From Octopus vulgaris (taxonomy: Eukaryota): a stretch of 64,000 bases of DNA. This document shows, piece after piece, positions 15,767 to 29,269 of this stretch. Within the stretch, counting starts at the first letter, position 1. Each line of letters starts with the position of its first letter. Under the pieces are notes generated by a model. That model searched no databases, was not told the DNA's origin, and was given only the letters and a program-made list of their open reading frames with translations. The translations under genes were made by a program, and so were the position numbers. Location of the stretch: NCBI GenBank assembly GCA_951406725.2, contig OX597819.1, positions 96,100,001-96,164,000 on the forward strand, given 5' to 3'.

Positions 15767-18478
15767 GCTATATCACATATATGGGCAGATTCACCCAAAT
15801 CTAAAGTCTATAAAATTCGAACGTAGGAATTTAAATACTTTACGAGAGTTGTGTCTCCTGTGTTGTTTACGATGTTTTTATCACAAAGACATCTTGCAAA
15901 TATCTGGTAACAAGGGCCCAAGAATTTCTTCTCTATAGCAGAAACACTTCCGGTTTTTGGTTAATGCTAAATCAAATCTATAGAATGGTTTTTGACCGCC
16001 GTTAAATCAATTTCCTTGCAAAAAGTTTCATTTATTTCAATAAATATGTTTTGTCTTCTTTTAATTCCTTCCTTTTGTTAATCACATATTCTTTCTGTAA
16101 TTCTGTCGCAAACGCTGGTTTCAATTTTCCTTTTATTTCAGTCTCATGTTGTGTTTTGTCTATTAAGGTCATGTCTTCTATTATATGAGAAGCTATTTTC
16201 ACAAACAATGCACTATTGTTTATCTGAAGGCTCCGCTATAAAAAGAATGAATTTCCCACTGTCTATTGAAGTCATGCTTATTATTGCTTTCTGTTTTGTT
16301 TCGTTTTTTTTTGTTCTGTGACGGGTAAAAAATAAAAACAAGACTTCATTTTGTAAAAAGCGGAAAATGTTCAGATGACGAATAAAGCACAGCGCTGTGA
16401 CGAAGGTGTAACAACTGTAAATTGACTAGCAAATGCTTCAACTACTTCAAGATCAAACAGATATCAAACGTTTATTAAACAACCATAGACGGATATACAA
16501 TGTAGCATCCTTAATCATCCATTATCTCACTTTTGGCTTAGACACCATAAATCGGTCAATCTTACCTTATAGTTTCTTATATAATTTTCTTTTTCGAAGT
16601 AGCTGAGTATTCCGCTGACACATATCCTTTAGTAACTCTCAACTACAATCGGCATATCATAATATGATAAGATTGGACCTTTAACTACTCGTATAATCCA
16701 CCCGACGAACTTTCACATCCGTTCTGTCTACCCAAATATACATCAAGCACTTTCCTGCTTATTGTGGGTCATAAAGTTCTTAATTATGGTCGGTGGGTGG
16801 TTGCAATTTTAAAGGATATAAATTGTGCCTTTATTTTTCTTCCTTGCTCGTCTTTAAGCCTAGTGTGATTCAAGTAGTTGGTTATCATTAAGTTAGTCAC
16901 GATGGTTGTTTAAACCAGTCTTCTTAAATATTCCTGTGAAGTCATTTCTAAATCTATTTACAATGTGACAATTCATATCACATGATAATGTTAAGAGGAC
17001 TGATGAATGTTCGGATGCTGCAAAAGATAAACAATTCTTCAGTATCTGCCACTTCAGGTACACCATAGTTCCCGTAGAGCCGCCGAACAACGACCTATCA
17101 TCGTTTTCGTTATACCGTCGTGGTGTAACAATGATTTCCTATCGTTTAATTTCGATCCTGGTACCTAGATCGGTATTTATGATAAATTTCCTCCTGAAAT
17201 CCGTCACTTTCATGATAAGGAACTTAGATATGGAAGGAATTGAGTCAAGCTGCAAGACAACTCGCTTTCAATGCCGTGGAACAATTTTTAGATCCATGTG
17301 CTAGTAGATTCAACTGTAGGTCCATTTTTATAGTCTTGTAATGCTTCTAATCTTGAATCTGAAAGCGTCAACAATACATTTACTATTCTTAATTTGCTTT
17401 TAGATATATTAATTCACCTCTACTTGGGGGTTAGAGAGGATTTTGGCTTTGTAATCGTTAATAGAATAGTACATCGTACTTCTGTTTTTAGTCAGGGACT
17501 AATTCCCTTACTTCCGTGTTTATGGCGTTGTATACGGTAGAGTGATGTTATTAGTTAAGAGATTAGTGAGTGTGATGGTGTGTTCTTTATTTTGTCTGCA
17601 AGATACGTAGATTTCGTGTGGTTATTTAACACATTTTGGAAGAAACTGGTCCAATGTCAAAATCGTATCCCTATAACAGAAAAATAAACTTGGATATAAA
17701 ATTTTTGAGTTTTTGAATTGAGTTAATTACATATTTTGAATCCGTACTTGTCCGCAGATTTTCCGGTAATCCCTTTCTCGTAGACTACAATTAACAGTGT
17801 TAAACTAGGACTGAGATGCCTCCAACCACATCGCAGTAGTACAAGAACAGAAGTCCATAAACCTGTAGCAAATCTGATCACACGACCAGCCTTAACCAAT
17901 GAAAACCGATTTACACTTGACTCCTTCTTTCAGCTCGTCTGCCCGAACAAAAGATCTGATCTCGATAATATTTGTGAATCTCTGAGCAACACTAGAATGA
18001 ATTACACACTAATTTACTATAAATTATAAATCCCACTTCATTGAACATTCTTTCCTTTCGTTTGTAGACATAAACAAATGTTCACCCCAGTTGTGTTGGG
18101 TCACATCTACAAACTAAGATTAAAAAGCTCTGGAACCGGATAAAGCACTCTGTCATTGATTCATTAAAACACATACAGATATCATCGAGGAAACTCTACA
18201 TTATAAACAAAAATCATTCACATCTATTTGCATTAGCGTCTGAAAGATCACATCTACATATATATATACACATGCATACACATCTATACACATACATACA
18301 TGCGTACATACATACTTATACATATACACATATATACATATATGCATGCACACACACACACATACACACATATACACACACAAACACACCAATGCTTGTT
18401 TTTATGTTCAGTTATAATAGAAACAATGTTACATCAATCTGATGGATTTCTCTACACTTTTGTAGAATACAAATTTAG

Positions 18479-18611
18479 CATTCTTAAACAAGAATGCTGT
18501 TGACTGTAACTTCGAAGTTTCGGCCAGCTAAGCCATCGTCGGATTGTTCGGCGATGGCTTAGCTGGCCGAAACTTCGAAGTTACAGTCAACAGCATTCTT
18601 GCTTAAGAATG
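18479..18611. repeat. Near-perfect 133-bp palindrome, each arm with a decayed hammerhead-like motif
   Basis: Arms of about 65 bp with a tiny loop. Right arm reads gattgt-TCGGCGA-tggcttagctggcc-GAAACTTCGAAGTT-acagtc. Confidence 0.85.
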
Positions 18612-18652
18612 ATATACATACACATATGAGAAAGAGAAAGAGAGAGAAAGAG

Positions 18653-18690
<38 letters not shown>

Positions 18691-19149
18691 GGGAGATAGG
18701 AAGAATGAGAGAGGATAGATAGAGGGAGAGAGAGAGAAAGAGAGAGATATGAAGAAAAGAAAGGTGAAAGAGAAAAAGGATTATGATAAGATTATTTCTT
18801 TAGAACAATAGCGTAATTCACCAGTTTCCTTTTTACAGTAGAACATTTGCAAATAGTCCGTAATTATTCCATTCAACCTTTTCAAAATGGTCATTAAGCT
18901 GGCCATAAACTTTCATTAGCAGTATTTTATAGTGGCGCATTATTCAGAAACTGTTGCATTATGGGTAGCAAATTAGGTTAACTGACATGGCACTAACCAA
19001 ATATTGATCGATAAAGAAAAGCGATAGATTACGATAATTCCGTTTCTTGGTGCGACTCAAGTATAGGTCCATGCTAACGAGTGTGAGTTCATATTCAGGT
19101 GTAGATGTCTCTTCGAATTATTGAAGAAGATTAAGGAAAAACAGCCTTT

Positions 19150-19901
19150 AACCAGCTGAGGTCAGAATTACAGAAGAAAACCTGCTTGAGCCTCGCAATT
19201 TGGAAAAATCAGAAAGAGAGAAGCTAAAATAGAAGAAGGCCTTTTAAAAGAATCCCTTCCTATTCATCGTTGACTACCATGAAGGCCAAAAAGCAAGGGG
19301 GTGATACATGACAAGGAAGAGTAATGGTATCCATGTCAGAGATACTCATCTGCCAACCTTCAAATCTCACAACACTTACATGGTAGACTTTACTTTCGAC
19401 GAAGTAAGAGCATTAGTGGAAGAATCTCCAGCACGATCTGCTCCAATACCGCCTGCCACCACATACAAGGTTTACGAAAACTGCCCTCTACTACTGAGGT
19501 TAGCAAAATATTTACCATCTGAAAGAAGAAACAAAAACCCTGACTCTGGACATTTGTTGCAGGCTGTTTTGTCCCCAAATAAAATAAAATAAAAACTCAG
19601 TAGGATTTGATCAGTTTCGAGAGATCTCCCTGTTAAATGTCGAAGAGAAGATATTCTAGTCGACCATTGCCAAAAGATTAACATATTTACATATAAATGA
19701 GGATATCAATAGGAATGTCTAGAAAGAGTGAGTCTCAGGGTACTGTCGATGCCTTGAATAACCATCAGCAATCAGCCACATCGCTAAGGAGGCAAAGAAG
19801 AACAACTATACGCTCTCAGTAGTATGATTACATCTTCCTGAAGCGTACCAAAGTGTGTTACACCAGCAAATCCTAAGTGCAATAGAGAACCACTAAGTAC
19901 A

Positions 19902-19935
<34 letters not shown>

Positions 19936-20390
19936 GTAACAGCAGCAGCAGCAGTAGCAGCAGCAGCAGCTAAGCTTGTGATGTCGTACGTGGAATCGCT
20001 GAAAAGGATGTTAACTGTGGAAAATTTTACTACCAATGGCAGAGACTTGAAAAGGGCATTATAGCAGAATGTTCGTTGTAAAAGTGAGATAAGTCTAGAA
20101 AGCCAGAAACTGAAAATATCAAGTATGAAGGGCCTTCAAGGATGATATAACAGTCATAACACGATTAAACTAAGGAACACGGTGAACCTTCAGTTCGCTG
20201 GAAAAGATGACTGAATAGATACCTATGAAATTCAACCCAGGGAAATCAGAGCCTGATTATCCTGAAAAGAAGGCTGATATATTATATTTTTAGTTGTCAG
20301 GTGTGCGGGATTCCGACAATTCAAGAAGGAATCCGATGCCTTGGGAAGAAGTACGACAATGCCCTGAAGGGCAATGACAATGTCAAAAAC
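19150..20390 (+). mobile_element. Highly degenerate reverse transcriptase of a HERO-like RLE non-LTR element, split by a (CAG)n tract at about 19903-19970
   Basis: Peptides SAP..TYKVYENCP.LL, QFREISLLNVE.KIF, WQRLEKGII, RAFKDDITV and MKFNPGKS occur in RT order. Confidence 0.75.
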
Positions 20391-20479
20391 ACTAAGAGTC
20401 AAGTAAACAACTGGTACAGGGCAATTGACAAAAGTGGTGATAGTGACTTCGAAGTTTCGCCTTGCTAGGCTTCGTCAGT

Positions 20480-20709
20480 CCGACGAGGACTATGTACGTG
20501 TTTTTGTGTCTGTGTTTGTCATCCACCACTCCACGACTAGTGGTGTTGGTGTATTTTTGACCTCGTAGCTTAGGGGCTCGGTAAAAGAACCGACAGAGAA
20601 AGTACCAAGCTTTTAAAAGATTAGTACAGGGGTTCATTCGTTCGACTAAAATTCTTCAAGGCGTTGCCCCTGCATGGCCACAGTCTAATGACAGAAACAA
20701 GTAAAAGAT

Positions 20710-20710
<1 letters not shown>
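20480..20710 (+). mobile_element. SINE family 2, 3' half
   Basis: Body matches the reverse complement at 57615-57680. Tail gcatggccacagtc..gaaacaagtaaaagat matches 61655-61712 (-). Confidence 0.7.
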
Positions 20711-20741
<31 letters not shown>

Positions 20742-20786
20742 ATAATCACACACACACACACACATAAATACATAAATACATACATA

Positions 20787-21525
20787 CCCCGAGGATAAAG
20801 AAATGTATAATAGAAGAAGTCATAGCCACCCATATAATGAAAAAGAGTGCTGGTGGAATGTCCCAGTGTAGACCTCAATAAAATGTAAGCTCAACAGGCC
20901 TGATATAGTGATTTGGGATGTGGTGGAGAAACTGTGTATAGTTGTGGAAATTAGCTGCCCAGTGTTTGTTAATATAAAACTTAAGATCAGTGAAAAAGAG
21001 AATACCTACGCTGAACTATTGAGAAATATGCAGTTACTCTATCCAGATTACAAGTTCAGGATGATACCTGCAATTATTGGGGCCTGGGATATGTAACACA
21101 CTGCCTAAATACTAATGTTGAGAAATTAGGCTTCTCAAAACCAGAAGGGAGAAAGCTAATTCGAAGACTATAGAGCTAATCTATCACTGGAACTATAAAA
21201 ATTTGTAAAACTTTCCAGAAGTTTACCATTTAAATATATATGAGCATGTCTAGATATGCAACTATATGCATGAGAATACATACATAAAGCAAAACATATA
21301 AATCTGCACACATACACACGCACACACATACATACATACATACATACATACAAACATACATACAAACATACATACATACATACAAACAAACATACAAACA
21401 TACATACATACAAAAATACCCTGTTGTTGATGTTGAAATTCCAATGAAAGAGTCTTGGATCTAGGTTAGAAACCGGTTCTTTCTCTATTGACAACAAATC
21501 TTGAAATAAAACTGAACAATGATAT
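20787..21525 (+). mobile_element. RLE non-LTR 3' fragment embedded in (TACA)n arrays
   Basis: WWNVPV..CKLNRPDIVIWD..LCIVVEISCP..KENTYAEL..IPAIIGA is a PD-(D/E)xK domain. CATA repeats flank both ends. Confidence 0.82.
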
Positions 21526-21580
21526 ACATACGTACATACATACATACATACATACATACATACATACATACATACATACA

Positions 21581-21611
<31 letters not shown>

Positions 21612-21825
21612 TCAAGCCTATTGTAAGTGAAAGTATAAAACGAAAGCATTTACTCTGTGAAAACGTATATTTATATTTTTATTTTTCATACATAAAAATT
21701 CATAAAGTAAAGCTATTCGCACTTATGTTCAAAAGTTGAACTTGTTTTAATTACGCAAAATAATATATATGTATATTGAAAACAGAAAATTCTGATGCAT
21801 TTTAAACCTTTTCCCAGTGTTTTTC

Positions 21826-21919
<94 letters not shown>

Positions 21920-22268
21920 ATGTGTGTGTGTGTGCGTGTGAAAAAATTGTATAAATTGGTGTTAGCTAAACAGACACAAAGAGTTAAGTACACAGGCAAT
22001 AACATCTGAATAGGAATGTGTGTATGTGTGTGTGTGTGTGTGTGTGTGTAATTGTCTATTGTAATGTGGAAGTAATGGAAGGGGTGATAGTACGAGGTGA
22101 GAGGTGAGATTGAAGTCACCACGTGATGTTTTCTATAAAGACAGTTAAGTAATTACTTTGAAAATAATGCAACATTCCGCAAAAATATTCAGAACATCTT
22201 CATATACAGGTACATGCACACGCACACACAAACGCACATGCGCATACTTAGCTCCACACACACACATA

Positions 22269-22407
<139 letters not shown>

Positions 22408-22487
22408 ATGTATATATATATATGTATATATATATATATGTATGTAAATTGATCAAAATAAAATAAAAACATGATGCGAAGGATTCA

Positions 22488-22565
22488 GCGGTACATATGT
22501 TTCGGGCCTTTATTAGACAGATTTATAACAATGCATAATGTATGTCTGTGGCCTTCTTCAGCCGC
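22488..22565 (-). ncRNA. Type-I hammerhead ribozyme, intact core, in a roughly 350-bp element (22444-22790) between TA arrays
   Basis: Minus strand: GCGG-CUGAAGA-aGGCC..GGCCc-GAA-ACAUAUGU-A-CCGC. Palindromic stem III, GUA site. A short inverted repeat lies at about 22444/22722. Confidence 0.78.
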
Positions 22566-22800
22566 GCACAACAGCTTCCGCAAGGACATGTGTTACATCA
22601 AAAATTCTTGGTTGGGGATGCAAATCCTCTCATTCACGTACGACATAATGCGGCAGCAGCATAGAATTGAAGCGTCTATCTCTTTCTTCTCTCAATGTAG
22701 AATCAATTTTTGATCAATTTACTCCACCACCTACACCACCAAAAGGTATACACAGGTGCTTATAATTATCAAGTACTCACCCCGAATTTCTATATATATG

Positions 22801-22864
<64 letters not shown>

Positions 22865-23167
22865 CAAGAAAATATAAATATAGTGTGTGCAGGCACAAGT
22901 TTACACATGAAAATATTTGCACACAGGTAAATATGAAATGATTTACGTACGATCACACACATACGCACGCGCGCGCCGCGTACGCACATGCACAAAACTA
23001 CACACACGTTCATAATTTATGCACAATATTTATTGCGCAGATTATAACATGCTCATTCCTGTACACATGTGTTCATTCAAACACAAACTCATTCACACAC
23101 AACTTACACATATATATGTATATGTGTGTGTGTCTCCCTCTTTAAAATATATTACATACATACATAC

Positions 23168-23198
<31 letters not shown>

Positions 23199-23472
23199 CA
23201 TACATACATACATACATACATACATACATACATACATACATACATACTTACATACATACATACATACATACTTACATACATACATACATACAAACATATA
23301 TGGCGTTGCTCGGAATTAAAACGGCATAGTTTGTATATATATATATATATGTACATATATAATCACCCCACATTACTGTATTGTTAAATCAGTATAGTTT
23401 TTTTTGGTGCATCTAAGTTAGGTACCATATTCAAGTAAATTCATTTAAATTAACTTGAATCTTTATTGCTAT

Positions 23473-23570
<98 letters not shown>

Positions 23571-23571
23571 T

Positions 23572-24195
23572 ACAGTTTTGCTGAAACAAGTGATGCGGGA
23601 AAGAGCAGCATTGACGACAAAACATTTGTGGAGTAACTTTTAAGTTTTTGCAGAACCAAGAATTTGAGTTTAGCACATCAACTTGGACAGAATTATAAAT
23701 TTTATAAGAATGAGATAGATCATATCTGAAATCAGCTTCAGGAGTTGTGAAGAACGAATTTGTACGTGGTCTGTTTCTGAGAGCTATTCTGCTGGACCTC
23801 TGTGTAATCTTGGGGAAGTCTCGGCTCCCTTCTTTCTTGAGACTCCATCTGATGTGCTGCACCATGCCTTTGCTGATCTTGGGAAAGTCTCATATCCCTT
23901 CTTTCTTGAGACTCCATCTGATGTGCTGCAGCCTGCCTTTGCTGATCTTCGGAAAGTCTCATATCCTTTCTTTCTTGAGACACCATCTGACGTGCTCTGA
24001 ACATAGAAAACAATATACATTAATCTCTATTTTTGTAATTAGTTGTATGTATGTAGTATGTCTGTATTTTTGTGCGTTGTGTAAATTAACCAAATATAAG
24101 CAAATTGTAAATACATTGCAACCTTGCAACTGCTGCGATAAGAAGGAACTGGTAATTAAACGGTTGATTATTATATACCTTGGACGTACCACCTA
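23572..24195 (-). mobile_element. Helitron Rep N-terminal fragment with 60-bp coding repeats
   Basis: About 3 copies of QMESQERRDMRLSQDQQR, followed by ADFRYD..Y..WFCKNLK..CC, resembling the Helitron N-terminal zinc-finger region. Confidence 0.65.
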
Positions 24196-24224
24196 ATTGT
24201 TTTTTGCTAAGAGTTTCACCTCCA

Positions 24225-25306
24225 GCCATTCTCGTCACATATGTATATGTATGTGTTGATGTGTGTATGTGTGTTTAATAACGTACGTAACGCACACGCA
24301 AACACCTACACATTGACAGATACATACACATTTATATGCAAAATGTGATGATACACACATACACTCTCAGATACAATCACATTCATATAGTAAGAGAGGC
24401 ACATACAGACGTACATTCACGCATGTCAGTCGTCACATATGTATATGTATGTGTAGATATGTGTGTATGTTTAATAACGTACCTAACGCGGAAACACATA
24501 CACAGTCACAGAGACATACACACTCATACACACACACATACACTCACAGACACACACACTCATATACAAATTGTGACGTCGTCGTCGTCGTGGTATAAAA
24601 TGTCCTTCTCTATCTCGTGCGTATCGAACGCGCAAACAGAAACACACACAAACATATACGCACTCATAAAATGTCCTGTATTATAGTTGATAACAGAAAG
24701 ATTATGTCTATGAAATATATTATTTTAATGGAAATGAAAAAAATTATATATTGACAGTCGTGTGGTGTAATACTATATAGTAAGAGAGACACACACAGCC
24801 ATACATCCACGCATGTCACACGTTACATATGTATATGTATGTGTAGATGTGTGTGTGTGTGTTGAATAACGTCCCTAACGCGGAAACACACACACACACT
24901 CAGACACATACACACTCATACACTCATACACATACACACTCACAGACACATAGGCACTCATATACAAAATGTGACGTTGTCGTCGAACACGGAGACACCT
25001 ACCCACTGACAGACACAAACACATTCATATACTCACACACATACACTGACAGACACGTACACGTTCATATACAAAATGTAATGTTGTCGTCATCGTGGTA
25101 TAAAATGTCCTATATTTGACTATAGAAAGATCATCTCTATAAAATGTTATATTGCTTTAATCGAAATGGAAAAAAAACAACAATTACATGTTGATACTCG
25201 TGGGATGTGGTACTATTACTTTGTAAACTTTGATTTGATTTCGTGGAGCCGTTTGAGAATGCATTGGGAACAGACAAATAAAGAAGCAGAACTTTATATA
25301 TATAGA
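24225..25306 (-). mobile_element. Probable non-autonomous Helitron 5' part with internally repeated CA-rich modules
   Basis: Minus strand begins A|TCTATATATATAAAG. The module cacatatgtatatgtatgtgt..aataacgt..taacgc occurs at about 24235, 24433 and 24825. Confidence 0.55.
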
Positions 25307-25381
25307 TTAACCAAATAGAAGCACATGTACAAACTGCTAATTTAACGGTAAATGCCACAATAATTATTATAGATAAATTTC

Positions 25382-25444
<63 letters not shown>

Positions 25445-25445
<1 letters not shown>

Positions 25446-25834
25446 CATATGTATTAAATGTTAATTCAAGGGTTAGTATGTAACTGTAAATACCTTGCAA
25501 CCTTGCAAGTGCTGCGATAATTATTAACTGGTAATTGAACAGTAAACGTGTAATTTTATATACCTTGGACTTAGTGTTATCACATTAGAATTAAAAGTGA
25601 AAGAATAAAAGTGAAACAATATTCACTTTTTACAATACCGAACTAAAAGATTGCTCCGGGCCCGCATTAGGCAAGAAGTTGAAATTTATTTGGCCCATGA
25701 CACTCCATGGACGCTAAGTAATGCATGTGTAAAATTGGAATGAAATCGGCTGGGTAGTTCTCGAATGAAGGCTGGGTAGGGCATCACACATACATACATA
25801 CATACATACATACATACATACATACATACATACA

Positions 25835-25868
<34 letters not shown>

Positions 25869-25915
25869 CATACATATAGACAGACAGACAGACACACACA
25901 CACATTCTCAGTTTT
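25445..25915 (-). mobile_element. Helitron-like 5' segment, copy A
   Basis: Homologous to 27906-28351 and 24100-24190. Minus strand has aaaactgagaatgtg..ccgatttcattc. Confidence 0.6.
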
Positions 25916-26016
25916 ACGCACGCACACACACACACACACACACACGCACACACACACATATATATATATATAATCAAAACATTAATAACAGTTGTGGATA
26001 AAATTTAAAATTGATG

Positions 26017-26671
26017 GTATCAACAGTATTAACATAGGTGGTTCGCAGGCAAAAGGCATTATTTAGATATAAATTACAAATTAGCACAAAGCGCAAGGAA
26101 GCAGAAAATCATCAACCTCTATAAATAGGAGCTAAAATCTTAATTAAACCACCGTAAAGCACCAAGATAACAGAGAAATAACAGCAGGCGAGGAAACGGA
26201 AAGAATGAATACATTCAAAAGCACAACTATGCCTTTTTGCCTGCGAACCACCTATGTTACTACTGTTGATACCATCAATGATATTAACAGCAGTGACATC
26301 TTATTTCAAATCTTAGCGTTTGAATGTTTTGTTCTTAAATATTTCTGCTCCATGTGCTGTGTTTTTCGGGCAAAGCAAAATCAGTACACTAGCGGAGCTT
26401 AACGTGACGGCCTTGACTTTTTACTAGGTGGTCTACACTGAAGAGGCTCAAGGAATAAATTTCCAAAAGCCGAAACCCGGGTATGTGGATGTCCTAAACT
26501 GCATAATCTTTCATAGTTGTGCTTTTGAATGTATCAATTCTTTCCGTTTCCTCGCATACTGTAATTTCTCTGTTATCTTGGTGCTTTACAGTGGTTTAAT
26601 TAAGACTTTAGCTCTTATTTCTAGCAAGTTGATGCTTTTCTGCATCCTTACACTTCGTGCTAATTTGTAAT
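26017..26671. mobile_element. Penelope pLTR-like element with interleaved inverted repeats
   Basis: 26072-26231 is the reverse complement of 26512-26671, and 26017-26060 of about 26229-26280. Contains a hammerhead. Confidence 0.75.
26432..26489 (+). ncRNA. Type-I hammerhead ribozyme, fully canonical
   Basis: UCUACA-CUGAAGA-GGCU..AGCC-GAA-ACCCGGGU-A-UGUGGA: 6-bp stem I, palindromic stem III, predicted cut after 26483. Confidence 0.88.
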
Positions 26672-26685
26672 ATATATATATATAT

Positions 26686-27154
26686 ACAAGTAATAAGAGA
26701 GAGACCACATGTGGTCACTCTAACGCCAGAAATAGATCCGCAAAGGGAATCCACCACTAAAGAATTGTTCTCAAGCATTAATTCAACACGCCAAGAATGT
26801 AAGCGGGCAGGACAAATGAAAAATAGATTAACTCTATACAATTGTTTCATCGTTAATAGATTGTGTAATTTTACTTACATAATCATTTTCGAATCCTCAG
26901 TAGAGTATATCAAAAATATAATTTGTTGAACCGAACGCCAAAATCCATACGAAGCCGAGCAAAGGCGAACGGCACAGCCGATTATATTTGCAATTACGTT
27001 CAAATATCCTCATTTTTTTTCATTTGTCCTGCCCGCTTACATTCTTGGCGTGTTGAATTAATGCTTGAGAACAATTCTTTAGTGGTGGATTCCCTTTGCG
27101 GATCTATTTCTAGCGTTAGATTGACCACATGTGGTCTCTCTCTTATTACTTGTA
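26686..27154. repeat. Near-perfect inverted repeat, about 140-bp arms and 185-bp spacer (PLE-terminus-like)
   Basis: 26686-26825 matches the reverse complement of 27012-27154; the same peptide appears in the ORF track on opposite strands. Confidence 0.9.
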
Positions 27155-27253
27155 ACAATAATTTTTACGTATCACAGTTTTTTTACGCTAGGCCACTTGG
27201 TGTTTTCAATTGATGTTATTAATTAATATTCATTTTTTTTCACCCTTATTGTG

Positions 27254-27324
<71 letters not shown>

Positions 27325-27473
27325 TACATATGTAGAAAATTCTGTCTGTGGGTGTGTTTGTGGAGTTGTTAGCTAACTCTTCCTACGTCAACTCATGTCT
27401 AGAAACCTCATGTCATACTAAGATATTTATGGATAGGGTATATTATCCCTTCTTTCAATTTGACTGGGAGCTT

Positions 27474-27905
27474 ACCTATTTCTTTATTACCCACAAGGGG
27501 CTAAACACAGAGGGGACAAACAAGGACTCGCAAGAAAGCTCTGAAAAAGAAGCTGTAGCGGTTTTGCAAGGGCTCGTTTGCACGATTTGAGAAGGATCGC
27601 TGGAAATCCATCAGGTCCAGCAGCTGAGTTTGTATCAATCTCATCTATGGCCAGTGTGATATCATCATCTTCAATGTTGATGTACTCAATTTTTGCCTCT
27701 TTGGCTACAGGTAATATGGCAGAGAATTCTTCTGGTTTGTTTACTTGCCTGTGTCCTAGAGGTGTAGTGAACACACTTTGGAACTGTTCGTTCAGTATTT
27801 CACCTATCCACATGGGATTTCCTGTGAGGGAACCATCTTTTAGGAAGAGAGATCCTATCCTCTGACGCACTGCGGCCGTCTCTTTGGCAAACTTAAAGTA
27901 GGCTT
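27474..27905 (-). mobile_element. CR1-type LINE internal fragment fused to a SINE family-1 3' tail
   Basis: ILNEQFQSVFT..SAAGPDGFPAILLK..LAKPLQLLF (pre-RT region, homologous to 62020-62310) runs directly into gtccttgtttgtcccctctgtgtttagccccttgtggg. Confidence 0.85.
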
Positions 27906-28307
27906 TACATAGATATAAATATATACATTATATACATTAATGTTAATTTAAGGGTTAATGTGTAATTGGAAATACCTTGCAACATTGCAACTGCTACGAT
28001 AATTATTAACTGGTAATTGAACGGTAAATGTGTAACATAAGATGATCTTCGTGCTATCAGATAGGAATTAAAATTGAAAGGATAAAAGTGAAGCAATATT
28101 ATATCACATTACAAGATTGGTGGTATTGTTTCACTTTCGATACGTAATACAGAAGATGTCAAAAGATTGCTCCGTGCTTGCATTAGGCAAGAAGTTGAAC
28201 ACTTCATGGACCCTAAGTAATGCATGTTTAAAATTTGAATGAAATCGGTTGGGTAGTGCTCGAGTTTTAGGGTTTCACACAGACATACAGACAGATACAC
28301 ATTCTCA

Positions 28308-28351
<44 letters not shown>
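27906..28351 (-). mobile_element. Helitron-like 5' segment, copy B
   Basis: Minus strand starts TC(TA)nAAAACTGAGAATG. Homologous to 25445-25915. Confidence 0.6.
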
Positions 28352-28352
<1 letters not shown>

Positions 28353-29269
28353 GCTCATGTAGGCACACACTTTAATTAAAATATTCATATATAAACTCAA
28401 CTGTAACGTAGTTGCATACATATATAATCATGTAACATTCTCATCAATGAATGATAGTGTATATACAGTTACATAAGAATATTTGCTACACATATACATA
28501 TATTTTTAGATGTACACACATAAAAAGTACATCCAGACACTTTAAACACACACACACACACACACGCCATATTTCTTATTAACACACACACACCCACACA
28601 CACGCATACACACACGTGTGCACACACATGTATATATACATTGTTGTACCTTATTAAATATTTATTTAGAAGTAATTATAAATTTGATGCGAATATATAT
28701 ATGAAGTGTTTGAGTATGTCTGAATGTAAATATATATATACATATGTATATATATTTATCTTCATGCAAATACGTATGTATGTTTGTATGTAAATATATT
28801 TGAATTTGTGTATAGGTGTAGTTGTATATATATGCGGTTGTATATTCTTATATGAGCCACTTTACCAATCGGTATCATACGGGAGATAAGATAGCGCCAG
28901 TAATCACCAGGAAAGACTAAAAGGATAAGTATGACGTAGGTTCTTTGCCATTGGAGATTTGAAAGTGTTACATCTGGTATAACTGTTGTAAAAACCGGAT
29001 CGAAATCGTCCTGGCTGAAACCTAGTTTGAAAAGCTTTTCTCGTTAATTTGAGTTACGATTGGAAGTAAAAGAATAAAAACAAACTTCGTTATGGGACGT
29101 ATTTGCTTGTAAGGTGGAGTTGTGGCTTCACAGAAATGTGTAAAATTGATGTGTGACTTATCACGTCCAAAAGTAGCGTACATCGCCCTCCAAAGATTCA
29201 GTGACTACTTGGAAGTCTGGTCTTGCATTCGTGTTTGAGCAGGTCTTTTAGGGGTATCGCTGCTCACCT

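Noticed and set aside
16700-18000. Possible decayed retroelement coding region
   Set aside because: No diagnostic motif could be read with confidence.
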